DNA from: an uncultured delta proteobacterium
GTDB taxonomy: Bacteria; Desulfobacterota; Syntrophia; Syntrophales; UBA2185
DNA length: 64,000 nucleotides
NCBI GenBank assembly: GCA_963695875.1
Contig: CAVOID010000003.1
Coordinates: 32,001 to 96,000 of the forward strand
Direction: 5' to 3'
In this document: positions 43,435 to 53,538 of the stretch, one piece after another
How positions within the stretch are numbered: position 1 is the stretch's first letter
How the letters are laid out: each line of letters opens with the position of its first letter
The notes under the pieces: model-generated
Told to the model about the DNA's origin: nothing
Databases searched by the model: none
The model's input: the letters and a program-made list of their open reading frames with translations, nothing else
Made by a program: the position numbers and the translations under genes

Positions 43435-43699
43435 CGCTATTAACAATATTACTGCTTACTTGTCAACAATAATGTACCATTATTTGTTTATTTTTAAGCA
43501 AAAATGTGCTATTTTCCGTGCGAAGATTTCCATAAATTATACCTTTTTTCAACATGGCATCTTTGATATAGTAAATCTAATGATCTAATAATTATTATTT
43601 ATTTTACCGTCATGCGACTGAGTCTTTTTAGTTAGAAAATAGTAGATCGGATAAAATCACATCGCGGACAATATACATAATCACAGGGAGGAAGATCGT

Positions 43700-44947
43700 A
43701 TGGTCAAGACAAATCCATTTGGTATTGCAAACAGACAATTGGATCAATGCTCAAGAATTTTGAACCTGGAACCGGGCATTCATGCAGTACTTCGAGTACC
43801 TATGCGAGAACTTCATGTATCCTTACCAGTACGAATGGATGATGGTTCAATAAAAGTATTCCAGGCATTTAGAGTCCAGTATAATGACGCAAAAGGTACG
43901 ACCATAGGTGGGATCAGGTTTCATCCAGAAGAAACGATAGATAATGTCCGCGCCCATGCAGCATGGATGACATGGAAGTGCGCACTTCTTGATCTACCTC
44001 TCGGCGGCGGAAAAGGTGGTGTAATTTGTAATCCCAAGGAAATGTCGCAGGGAGAACTTGAACGCTTGAGCCGAACATACGTCGATAAACTGGGGCAATT
44101 CATAGGGCCGGAAAAAGACGTACCTGCCCCCGATGTATACACAAACCCGCAGATCATGGCCTGGATGGTAGATGAATACTCAAAACTCTGTGCAAAGAAT
44201 CAGTTTGGAGTCATTACAGGAAAACCAATCCCTCTTGGTGGTTCCGAAGGTCGCAGTGATGCAACAGCACGCGGCGGTCTGTACACGGTTCGTGAAGCAG
44301 CTCAAGAATGCGGGGTTGATCTTTCACAAGCAACAATAGCAATTCAGGGCTATGGTAATTCAGGCTACCATGCAGCAAGGCTTGCCACATCCATGTTGGG
44401 CTGCAAAGTGTTAGCTTGTAGCGACTCCAAAGGTGGTATTTACAATAAGGAAGGGCTTGATCCGGAAGCAGTCGGCATCCATAAGGCAAAGACATCTTCA
44501 GTTATTAATTTCCCTGGTGTAAAACCGATATCAAATGAAGATCTGCTGGAACTCGATGTGGACATTCTCATACCTGCTGCCATGGAAAACGTAATAACAG
44601 AAGAAAACGCCGGAAGGATCAAAGCCAGGATCATCGCGGAGCTGGCCAGTGGACCGGCAACTACCGAAGCCGATGAAATCCTCCATAAAAACGGTATTCA
44701 TGTGATACCGGACTTCTTATGTAACGCCGGCAGCGTTACCGTATCGTACTTTGAAATGGTGCAAAATGCCTATATGTACTATTGGGAAGTAGAAGATGTG
44801 CATAAACGTCTCGACAAGAAAATGACAACGGCATACCATTCAGTCCTCAATGCTTCCAGGAAGTACAATATCAATATGAGGCAGGCTGCTTATGTTGTTG
44901 CAGTTGAGCGTGTCGTTGAAGCAATGAAACTTCGCGGCTGGGTGTAA
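43700..44947 (+). CDS. gdhA: Glu/Leu/Phe/Val dehydrogenase, glutamate dehydrogenase-like
   Basis: GGIRFH, MTWK, GGGKGG, VPAPDVYT, TGKP, GRSDATARG, QGYGN, VSYFE. Confidence 0.88.
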   Translation: MVKTNPFGIANRQLDQCSRILNLEPGIHAVLRVPMRELHVSLPVRMDDGSIKVFQAFRVQYNDAKGTTIGGIRFHPEETIDNVRAHAAWMTWKCALLDLPLGGGKGGVICNPKEMSQGELERLSRTYVDKLGQFIGPEKDVPAPDVYTNPQIMAWMVDEYSKLCAKNQFGVITGKPIPLGGSEGRSDATARGGLYTVREAAQECGVDLSQATIAIQGYGNSGYHAARLATSMLGCKVLACSDSKGGIYNKEGLDPEAVGIHKAKTSSVINFPGVKPISNEDLLELDVDILIPAAMENVITEENAGRIKARIIAELASGPATTEADEILHKNGIHVIPDFLCNAGSVTVSYFEMVQNAYMYYWEVEDVHKRLDKKMTTAYHSVLNASRKYNINMRQAAYVVAVERVVEAMKLRGWV

Positions 44948-45021
44948 TTTATTCCGATCTGGAATGATGAAAGTAATATAGGAACTTGGCACAAAAAAAA
45001 GGCAGGTTCACAAAAGCCCTA

Positions 45022-47631
45022 TTATTCAATATAGCAAATTGCTTTCTGTTTCTGCGGATCAGCTGCAACTTTAGCATATTTTCCTCCAGTTGTTGCCAGC
45101 AAATCAACAATGTGTACCACATTTGTGAATTTAACCGCACCCGGCAAGAGATCTGTGAGGATATTGGGTGAGTTTTCGAAAAATTCATGATTGAAATCTG
45201 CTTCGGGGTCATTTGGATAAACCGGCATATAAATAATCCTCGCTTCGACTAAATCCAGGAAAAAGTGTGTGCCATAGGAAAATTCGGGTAAATGTCCTGC
45301 CTCCTCACGAGCAATTTCCACAAGTACAGATGCATTATTTATATCAACATAACTCACATTGACACCAAGATCGATATTGCTGCTTCCCCATCTGCCAGGT
45401 CCCATCATCATGATCTTACCCTTTGCGATCATTGGGTGATTATTTATAGATCCGACCAAGCGGCCCAGGGATTTCTTTACATCCATGGACTCAACAGCAG
45501 CATAGCGTTTAGGGTCGATATACAGTATGTAGCGGATGTCTGAAATTGTTCCGCCACTGATAGTACGACTGGATTTGAACAGTATGCGATCCTTTGGCAA
45601 CTCATCGGGAAAGGTTACCGGACCGATCGCTCCCGGTATTGTCATCGGCCGGCATTGCAGCAGATTGATCCTGACACGACCACTAGTATCTATAGAAGCT
45701 GTGAATTCTGTGTCTAGTGGATGTCCATAAGCTTTTTCAAGTCTGGTTAGCATGTCATCCATAGTCTTTATGAAATCGGTACGGCTAATCAGGTTGTTAA
45801 AAGTAAGAACAAGCTGCTGTGACGAACTGTCTAGCCGTCCTGTGAATGGATCCATCAGATAGCCGTCTGCCAATAAAGAAACGAAGAGGTGAAGATGGGG
45901 ATAGTCCCTATCGGCCAGGACGTCAATAGCAGACATAGTCGTGAATTCATTCTTCTCTAAATCAAGGATATCTGCCTCCCATTGGGAATACTTTGCAATA
46001 CGGCCTCCATACTCCGGTCTGAGCTCTGGATGGCTTATGGCGATCATTCTGGGATAGTCATTTCCAACCCTGTTCACAGCACGAGTCCCCAATCCGAATA
46101 CAAGGCGGATCAATCCCTTTGTCGCATCTATGCGATCAGTCCATGCATAGAGATTCCTCGAGCAGGCGACACCTGCAAGAGACGGGAAAAAGTATTTTTT
46201 ATATGGCATCCCCGAAACACGCTGCACAAGGATAGCCATCTGTTCATCTCTATCCTCCAGATCCATAGCCCGGCGGTAGGATAGGGCGTCTGGATTCAGG
46301 GCACTGGCATATACGAGTTTCACGGCTTTCAAAAACGCTTCCAGGCGTTCTTCGGAACTACCTTGATTTGCACAAAATTCGCTGCGGTATTTTCCGGCAA
46401 AGGCATTCCGAAAACTATCTTCCAAAAGACTGCTGGATCTGACAATGATTGGCGCCTGACCGAAATAATCTAAAATGTTATAGAATTGTTCAGTGATCTC
46501 CGGGGGGAATTTGCCCCCCAGAAAACGCCTTTCTACTTCCTCAAATTCATCATGGGAAATATGGGAACTTCGGGTCAACTGCAGGCGCAGACGGAAGAGG
46601 TCGTTGTTTACCAGAAAGGTGAAGAATACATCCGATCCGATATAAAAAGAGTCGTGGGTTTCCAGGATCTGTGTAAAATCCTTGGTCCCGTCCTCCATGA
46701 GGATGCGTCTTGCCAGAAGCATCCCAGCTGCCTTTCCACCAATTTGACCCGACCCGATTAATCGATCCCGTATACCCAGAAGATCACTAATTTTGAAATA
46801 GGAGTCCGCCAGCCTGTTGAATTCGGGATGGCTCCCTATCATCATCCGCAAAAGCTCCTGTTTAAGGGCTGAGATTTCCGGTATTGTTTCTGATAGATCC
46901 TTTTCCGTTTCCTGGTATTGCAGCAGTTTCCTGAATACACTTTCCCATGGGGCTATCGATTTTGCCATAATGTAAAGCGGTTTTTTACTAGCCCTTTCAG
47001 ATACCGCTGCGGCATCCCCGCTGTAAAAAACAGGAACCCAGGCTGTGCCCGACATCATGTGAGGAAGGAACATCTGAGGAGAGTATCTGTCCCATACTTT
47101 AAGCGGATGGAGGTACAACATTCCCTGTACATGGTACACATCAATCAGCAACTGGGTCGTGTCTCTAATCCTTGCGACGGCACTGTGGGCGTGTTGACCG
47201 CGTGTTAGGGCAAAGTATGCAACTGTGTCCATCTCAAAAAGATAGGGACATGTCACCTGGAAAAAATTTGCCAGAAGCTCATCAGTTGCCCATTGAACGA
47301 CAAGAGCAGAGAGGTTATCAAATATATAGAAGGCTTCTCTACCAAATGATTCTATAATTTTATTGACTTCACCGCTAAAAGTGTCAAAACCCGCCTCCGG
47401 ATTCAACCTAATGACTGTGAGACCTGGCCGGGATTCAAGAATCTCGGAGTGAGGTGCAAAACGTAGATAGACGCATTTCCGTCCATCTAAAATAGCCTGA
47501 GCTGCGAAAGGTTCCGCAAAATACTTGTACTCCTCCAGATAGTCAACCTGCCAAACGACATTGTCGCCATATCGTAGGCCCTGAAGCACCTCATCAAGTG
47601 AAGATAGGCCGCTTTTTATTGTTGTTTTCAT
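45022..47631 (-). CDS. Fusion of a degenerate RecA/KaiC-like domain and a PEP-synthase/PPDK nucleotide-binding domain
   Basis: SGLSSLDEVLQGLRYGDNVVW and IFDNLS; IGGKA, VRSSSLLED, FAGKY, GLGTRAV, DTEF, LQCRP; C-terminal SYGTHFF. Confidence 0.85.
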   Translation of the reverse strand: MKTTIKSGLSSLDEVLQGLRYGDNVVWQVDYLEEYKYFAEPFAAQAILDGRKCVYLRFAPHSEILESRPGLTVIRLNPEAGFDTFSGEVNKIIESFGREAFYIFDNLSALVVQWATDELLANFFQVTCPYLFEMDTVAYFALTRGQHAHSAVARIRDTTQLLIDVYHVQGMLYLHPLKVWDRYSPQMFLPHMMSGTAWVPVFYSGDAAAVSERASKKPLYIMAKSIAPWESVFRKLLQYQETEKDLSETIPEISALKQELLRMMIGSHPEFNRLADSYFKISDLLGIRDRLIGSGQIGGKAAGMLLARRILMEDGTKDFTQILETHDSFYIGSDVFFTFLVNNDLFRLRLQLTRSSHISHDEFEEVERRFLGGKFPPEITEQFYNILDYFGQAPIIVRSSSLLEDSFRNAFAGKYRSEFCANQGSSEERLEAFLKAVKLVYASALNPDALSYRRAMDLEDRDEQMAILVQRVSGMPYKKYFFPSLAGVACSRNLYAWTDRIDATKGLIRLVFGLGTRAVNRVGNDYPRMIAISHPELRPEYGGRIAKYSQWEADILDLEKNEFTTMSAIDVLADRDYPHLHLFVSLLADGYLMDPFTGRLDSSSQQLVLTFNNLISRTDFIKTMDDMLTRLEKAYGHPLDTEFTASIDTSGRVRINLLQCRPMTIPGAIGPVTFPDELPKDRILFKSSRTISGGTISDIRYILYIDPKRYAAVESMDVKKSLGRLVGSINNHPMIAKGKIMMMGPGRWGSSNIDLGVNVSYVDINNASVLVEIAREEAGHLPEFSYGTHFFLDLVEARIIYMPVYPNDPEADFNHEFFENSPNILTDLLPGAVKFTNVVHIVDLLATTGGKYAKVAADPQKQKAICYIE

Positions 47632-48138
47632 TTTATAATTTAATAAATCTTGTTCAATAATGTTTTTACCTAATGAATAGGCGCAGTTACATATACTAAA
47701 AAATTAAGTTTTTTCAAATATACTCTTTCTCCTGGATTGTCCCTCTGAAACCTAACATTTTGAGAAAAAATAACCCAAAGATACTAAATATCAAGAAACC
47801 TCAATGCTTTTCAAGTTTCGGCTCTTCAAGAGCCTTATTTTCGATAAAAAAGAGCACAAATAAACGAACGTAAAAAGAAGGGACAGTGAGATCGATTTCA
47901 CTAAGCGGCCGCGTGAACATATAATGCACATAGCTGCCCATCTATCCGTAAAGCAACAAAAATGATTCAAATTACAGAGGACAGGAAAAAAGTTGGGCCA
48001 CTGAAGTAACTAGGGTATAGTCTAAATTTGGACAATTTAATTACTATATACAAAATTGATCATATATTTACAAAGTTCCATTTTTCTTATGTTATCTTAA
48101 ATTAATAAATAAAGAACATTTTTGTTATTCCTTATATA

Positions 48139-48155
48139 TTGGCCTTGATTTTGCT
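48139..48155 (+). promoter_or_regulatory. Candidate sigma54 (-24/-12) promoter
   Basis: TTGGCCTTGATTTTGCT with exact GG-N10-GC spacing, upstream of the 122-aa gene and the sigma54 activator. Confidence 0.55.
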
Positions 48156-48481
48156 TTTAAAATACATTGTCGTTCTAAATTTAAAATAAAAGTTGCATTT
48201 TTGTATAAAATATTTTATATGAATGTAAAGAAATATTATTTTAAAAAATGAATTTTTTTAATTTATTTATTTCAAAAGGGAACATTTTTGTTATACATCA
48301 GTTAATACTGCTGTGATTAATATTGTCTCGGAGGTCTGATCAATACAAATTATCATCCTTCGCTATTCATGGATAAGGGTAATATATTAACAAAAAACAG
48401 TCAAGGCATTACAAGTGGAATGTAGGTTTGGTTGAATAAAAATTATTCATTTTTCAAAACTATATAAAAAAGGAGGAGAAT

Positions 48482-48850
48482 ATGTCTATTAATTGGGGTC
48501 CTTTCTTTATTGTTCCGTCTGAGTCACAAAGGACTCTTTCGGGAAGGGTTGTTTTAAGGGAAAGTTTCGATGAAGAATTACTAAAAAAGGAACTGGACCA
48601 GCTCGGATATTCGCATGCTGCTATCAAGGCAACAAATCCATGGTACTATCGCAAAAAGAACACCGAATCCTGGATAAAGATTGACGAATCTGCAGACAGA
48701 CAAAATAATTTCGCTGTTCCCTGGGAAACAACAAAGTTGGAAAATGGTGAATACCAGATTCTGGGTGTCATGCACGTATCAATCAAAAAAGGCGATGATG
48801 AACAAATAATTGCCAGACAGAATATAATGGATGTTACGATAAAGAATTAG
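48482..48850 (+). CDS. Hypothetical protein (122 aa, possible beta-sandwich)
   Basis: Strong AGGAGG RBS, intact ORF, WETTKLENGEYQI motif reminiscent of Ig-like domains. Confidence 0.75.
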   Translation: MSINWGPFFIVPSESQRTLSGRVVLRESFDEELLKKELDQLGYSHAAIKATNPWYYRKKNTESWIKIDESADRQNNFAVPWETTKLENGEYQILGVMHVSIKKGDDEQIIARQNIMDVTIKN

Positions 48851-48863
48851 CTTCTGAAAGAAG

Positions 48864-48887
48864 CCACTTATATTAAGTGGATTTTTT
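48864..48887 (+). terminator. Probable intrinsic terminator
   Basis: CCACTTA-TAT-TAAGTGG followed by ATTTTTT. Confidence 0.5.
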
Positions 48888-48950
48888 ACTAAAGCATTTC
48901 GCAATTGAGTAAAATCCTATATCAAGAAAGGGAGGGGTTCTGCATTAGAG

Positions 48951-50561
48951 ATGACTAAGCCCATATGGAGTCCATCGCAGATTGGAACAACGGGTGGTAA
49001 AGACTTAAGTATTCATAATTACGAGGAACTTGCCGCGCTTCATGCAATTGCAAAGATACTGGCACAGCCCCAGGAGTTACGGGATCATCTTGAGCAGGTC
49101 CTGAAGGAGATGAGTCTTCGGCTGGGAATGGAACGAGGGATGATTTCCCTTCTTGACCGTGAGACCGGGGAAGCCTGGCTTGATATCGCCCATGGTGTCA
49201 ACATTCAAGGGCTTGAAGTCATGTATAAACCTGGCGAAGGTATTACAGGTAGGGTAGCACAAACTGGCCGTCCCATGGCAATTGCCAATCTTGGCAAGGA
49301 GACACACTTTCTTGACCGTACAGGTGCGCGGCGTTCACTAAACAGAGCCGAACTTACCTTTCTGTGTGTACCAATTATTTATGATGCCCGTGTTGTTGGA
49401 GTAGTTTCTGCAGACAAGGTGGCACGCAATGTGGAAAATCTTGATCGCGAACTGGCCATGCTTTCATCGGTTTCTGTACTTATTGCCAGAGCTGTCCATA
49501 CGCGCGCCCTCGAGGAGGAAAACCGCCGTCTGAGAATGATTGTCGGCCGTTCACAAACCCCGTCTGTTGATATCATCGGTACTTCCAGGTCTATGCAGGA
49601 AATCTTTGGTCTTATTGCTCAGGTTGCCGATACGAATACAACAGTATTAATAAACGGAGAAACCGGTACCGGCAAGGAACTAGTAGCAAGAGCAATCCAT
49701 CTGAATAGCTCGCGAAAAGAAAGGCCACTCATTTATGTAAATTGTGCTGCAATGCCGGATACTCTGATAGAAAGTGAACTCTTCGGCCACGAAAAAGGCG
49801 CATTCACGGGTGCTCTGCACCAGCGGAGGGGCCGCTTTGAAGAAGCTAATGGCGGCACAATCGTTCTTGATGAAGTCGGTGAGCTATCCGCAGCAGCTCA
49901 GGCAAAGTTGTTGCGGGTCCTACAGGAAAGACAAATCCAGCCTTTGGGATCATCAAGAGTTGTGAATGTCAATGTTCGTGTAATAGCTGCAACCAATAGG
50001 GACCTTGATCAGGATATTATCTCGGGACGGTTTCGTACCGATTTATATTATCGTCTGAACGTGTTTCCGATTTACTTGCCATCGCTTCGAGAACGGGGCA
50101 GCGATATTATAATGCTGGCAGACCATTTTGTTATAAAATATGCGAAGGTACTTAACAAGCCGGTTAAACGAATTTCTACACCGGTACTGGAAACATTTTT
50201 GTCCTATCAGTGGCCGGGCAATGTTAGAGAACTTGAAAACTGCATGGAAAGGGCGGTCTTAGTGGCAAACGGTGATACTATTGAAAGCCTTCATCTCCCT
50301 CCGTCTCTTCAGGTAAAGGCACGGGATGGAGAGAAAAAAGAACAAGGAAAATTGAAAAATGTTGTCGAAAGTCAGGAGAGAGCCCTTATTATCGATGCCC
50401 TGAAGGAAACAAGGGGAAATCAGAGCAAAGCCGCAAAATTACTTGGTACCACAAAGAGAATTACCCAGTATAAGATTCAGAAATTCGGTATTGACCCATG
50501 GCAATTTCGTCCTAAGAGGAATGGGGCAATAGTAAATCATTTCGAAGAAGGGAAAATATAG
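48951..50561 (+). CDS. GAF-AAA+-HTH sigma54-dependent activator (NifA-like architecture)
   Basis: GAF (PGEGITGRV), [36 protein letters not shown], Fis-type HTH. Confidence 0.93.
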   Translation: MTKPIWSPSQIGTTGGKDLSIHNYEELAALHAIAKILAQPQELRDHLEQVLKEMSLRLGMERGMISLLDRETGEAWLDIAHGVNIQGLEVMYKPGEGITGRVAQTGRPMAIANLGKETHFLDRTGARRSLNRAELTFLCVPIIYDARVVGVVSADKVARNVENLDRELAMLSSVSVLIARAVHTRALEEENRRLRMIVGRSQTPSVDIIGTSRSMQEIFGLIAQVADTNTTVLINGETGTGKELVARAIHLNSSRKERPLIYVNCAAMPDTLIESELFGHEKGAFTGALHQRRGRFEEANGGTIVLDEVGELSAAAQAKLLRVLQERQIQPLGSSRVVNVNVRVIAATNRDLDQDIISGRFRTDLYYRLNVFPIYLPSLRERGSDIIMLADHFVIKYAKVLNKPVKRISTPVLETFLSYQWPGNVRELENCMERAVLVANGDTIESLHLPPSLQVKARDGEKKEQGKLKNVVESQERALIIDALKETRGNQSKAAKLLGTTKRITQYKIQKFGIDPWQFRPKRNGAIVNHFEEGKI

Positions 50562-50793
50562 GTTAATATGTGACAATTTTGTTACTAATATCATTAAAAA
50601 ACATAATTGTTCTTTCTTATTGAGTAAAGGGATTATTTCCCTCTTATATTTGCATACTGTTTATTTGACTTTAGTTAAAAATATGTGTAGTTGAAACCCT
50701 GTTTTTTATGGAAGGTACATTTTAGTTTAATTAATACAGGCCTTGTGTATAGCGGTATTCCCTGCCTGGATAGTTAAAGAGAGGAAAAAATTT

Positions 50794-51925
50794 ATGTGCC
50801 GTTTATTTGCTATTACAAGCACAGAACCCCTTTCCCCGATGGTTGCATTGCGTGCTATTGATGTCATGAAGGAAGGTCATGACGGGTCAGGTACAGGACT
50901 GTTTATGACCGATCTGGCTGGTGGCTTTGAGCATCTCAGGAAGGGGCCAATTCTGTCAGGTACCTTTACCAATGAAGGAGTCAAAGTACTGGACCGTTAC
51001 ATGATGGATCGCGATTTTATGGTGAAGTACGAGCTTTCGATTCGCCCAACAAAGCAACCACCTCCGGGTACACCGAAGAGGGACAACTACCTGATCCGTG
51101 TTTATGAATATCCGCCCGGATGGGAAGCGCTCAGCGAGGCGGAGATTCAGTTTCGTTTGATGATGACCCGCTTACAGCTGCGAAAAATGGGAGAAGAAGA
51201 CGGGTCCATGATGATTTTCAGCTTCTGGCCCGATGTTATTATGATCAAGGAAGTCGGCGATCCCATGGTCATTGCGGATTATCTTGGGCTGAATCGAAAA
51301 GAGCTGCAGGCCCGTACGATGCTTGCCCAGGGACGGCAGAATACCAACTACGCTATTAACATCTATGCGTGCCACCCTTTCTTTATCCAGGGAATTGCGA
51401 CCATGACTAACGGGGAAAACACTGCATTTGTCCCCATCAGAGAATTTCTCATGTCGCGGAATTTTCCAGGTTACATCGGATATCAGTCGGACTCGGAGAC
51501 ATTTACTCATATCCTGCATTACACGATCAGACATTTAGGGAAGGGCTTGGATATGTATAAACATGTGATTACCCCCCTTAAGGGATGAAGAAATGGAGCA
51601 TCACCCCGATGGCTCTTGGCTGCGCATGTTAAAGCAGAGCTGTCGTCCTTTAATTATTGACGGTCCAAACTGCGTTATGGGCTGTCTGCCGGACAAGACT
51701 CTTTTTATGGTTCAAGACAGCAAGAAATTACGCCCGGGAGTCGTCGGCGGAAACCCCGGGATGTTTGCCTTTTCTTCTGAAATGTGCGGGCTGGATGCTA
51801 CAATTCCGGCACGTGATAAAAGCCGGGATTTTCAACCAATGAAATACGATACTGTTATAGTCGGCCCGGAACGTCGGGAGGTAGAGATATGGAATCAATG
51901 GGATGCATTACCCCATCCACACTAA
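50794..51925 (+). CDS. Glutamate synthase amidotransferase subunit, class II GATase, GltB1-like (frameshift at ~51583)
   Basis: N-terminal MCRLF (Ntn Cys), QGRQNTN, HPF, NGENT, SDSE, IIDGPN, LRPG, SSEMCG. Confidence 0.9.
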
Positions 51926-53527
51926 GTACAAAAGATCTGCCCTGGATAATCCTCTGGAATAAGGAAAAATGCACCCTCTGCGGTAGGTGTACTGCAGTTT
52001 GCCCTGTTCGTGCAATTGAGCTGGGAGTTCACAGGAAGCGGGCCATACAGGTATCCATCGGTCTGGAGGAAAAGCCCGGCAATCTGTTTACAGCGTTTAC
52101 CACGGCATCGACCAGCGTACAGACCCGGTCCATGCCTGTGTGGGCTGTGGAATGTGCAATCTTGTCTGTCCGAACAATTGCATAATCCCCGTCCATAATG
52201 AGGAAATTGATAAATTGCGCTTCCATATTAATGTGGGGGGCGTTCCGCGACGACGTGGCGGACGTCGCAACGTACCAGGGGCTGTGTCTGGATCAGATCA
52301 AATTCATCCGCATTTCCATGCTAACCGACCCGGCCCTGGATGCTGGACGCCACGAATTTGAACTGAGGACCCTTTTAGGACGAATTCTGCCGCCCGAGGA
52401 GATGCTGAAGGTCACCAGGGAGACACGGCTGGATACCGCCGGTACGGGAAATTTATCCCCTTATCATCGGAAGCATGTCATTCGGTGCTCTGTCGCCCAA
52501 TATGTGGGAAGGCCTTCAGATGGGCGTGGCCTATCTGAATGAAGAACTGGGGATGCCAGTGCGGATGTGTACTGGCGAAGGAGGCTGTCCGCCGAGGCTG
52601 CTCAGGTCTCGATTTTTGAAATATGTAATTCTCCAGATTGCTAGCGGTTATTTTGGCTGGGACGAAATCATCCATGCCCTGCCCGAGATGAAGGAAGACC
52701 CCTGCGCCATCGAAATTAAGTACGGTCAGGGGGCGAAACCGGGTGATGGCGGCCTACTGATGTGGTACAAGGTGAACAAATTGATCGCCGCTATCCGCGG
52801 TGTGCCGTCCGGTGTCAGTCTGCCCAGTCCGCCTACTCATCAGACAAAATATTCTATCGAGGAATCCGTCGCCAAGATGATCCAGTCCATGTACATGGCG
52901 TGGGGTTTCCGGGTACCCGTGTATCCGAAGATTTCGGGAACGAGTACGGCTCTGGCGGTTCTGAATAACCTGACGCGAAATCCCTACGCGGCGGCACTGG
53001 CCATCGACGGCGAGGATGGCGGTACCGGTGCGGCATATAATGTCTCAATGGACCATATGGGACATCCCATTGCCAGCAATATCCGGGATGCCTACCTGAA
53101 TCTGGTCAAGCTCGGGAAACAGAACGAAATTCCGCTGTTCGGCGCGGGCGGCATCGGTAAAAGCGGCAACCTGGCAGCAAATGCAGCCGCCCTGATCATG
53201 CTGGGGGCAAGCGGTGTACAGACTGGAAAATACCTGATGCAGGCCGCAGCCGGATGTCTTGGTTCTGAAAGTGATCGCTGCAACATCTGCAATATCGGCA
53301 TCTGTCCGAAGGGAATTACTTCTCAGGATCCGCGGGTGGATCGAAGACTGGACCCGGAAAAGGTCGCCGAACGTCTAGTGGAAATCTTTCTCAGCTTTGA
53401 CACGGAACTGAAAAAAATTGTTGCGCCTCTGGGTCGCTCCACATCGCTTCCCATCGGTATGTCCGATGCCATCGGCATTGCGGATCATCATGCTGCGGAG
53501 CGACTTAGTATACGGTATGTCTGTAGT
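51889..53527 (+). CDS. Glutamate synthase FMN subunit with N-terminal ferredoxin, GltB2-like (several frameshifts)
   Basis: CTLCGRCTAVCP and CGMCNLVCP; MSFGALS, TGEGG, QIASG, EIKYGQGAKPGDGG, DGEDGGTGA, GCLG...RCNICNIGICPKGITSQ. Confidence 0.9.
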
Positions 53528-53538
53528 AAGGAGTATTC

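Noticed and set aside
45022..47631. Annotation as ppsA/ppdK or as circadian KaiC
   Set aside because: No pyruvate-binding barrel, and no Walker A in the KaiC-like domain
48951..50561. Calling the activator NifA and inferring nitrogen fixation
   Set aside because: Same architecture, but no nif genes in the window, and GAF-type activators are widespread
50738..50754. Sigma54 promoter for the GOGAT operon (AGGCCTTGTGTATAGC); similar near-misses at 43555 and 47925-47940
   Set aside because: Spacing is GG-N11-GC or the consensus is poor; worth rechecking after polishing
51583..51590. TGA read as selenocysteine or readthrough (also in pdxT)
   Set aside because: The downstream sequence continues in a different frame, so these are indels, not recoding
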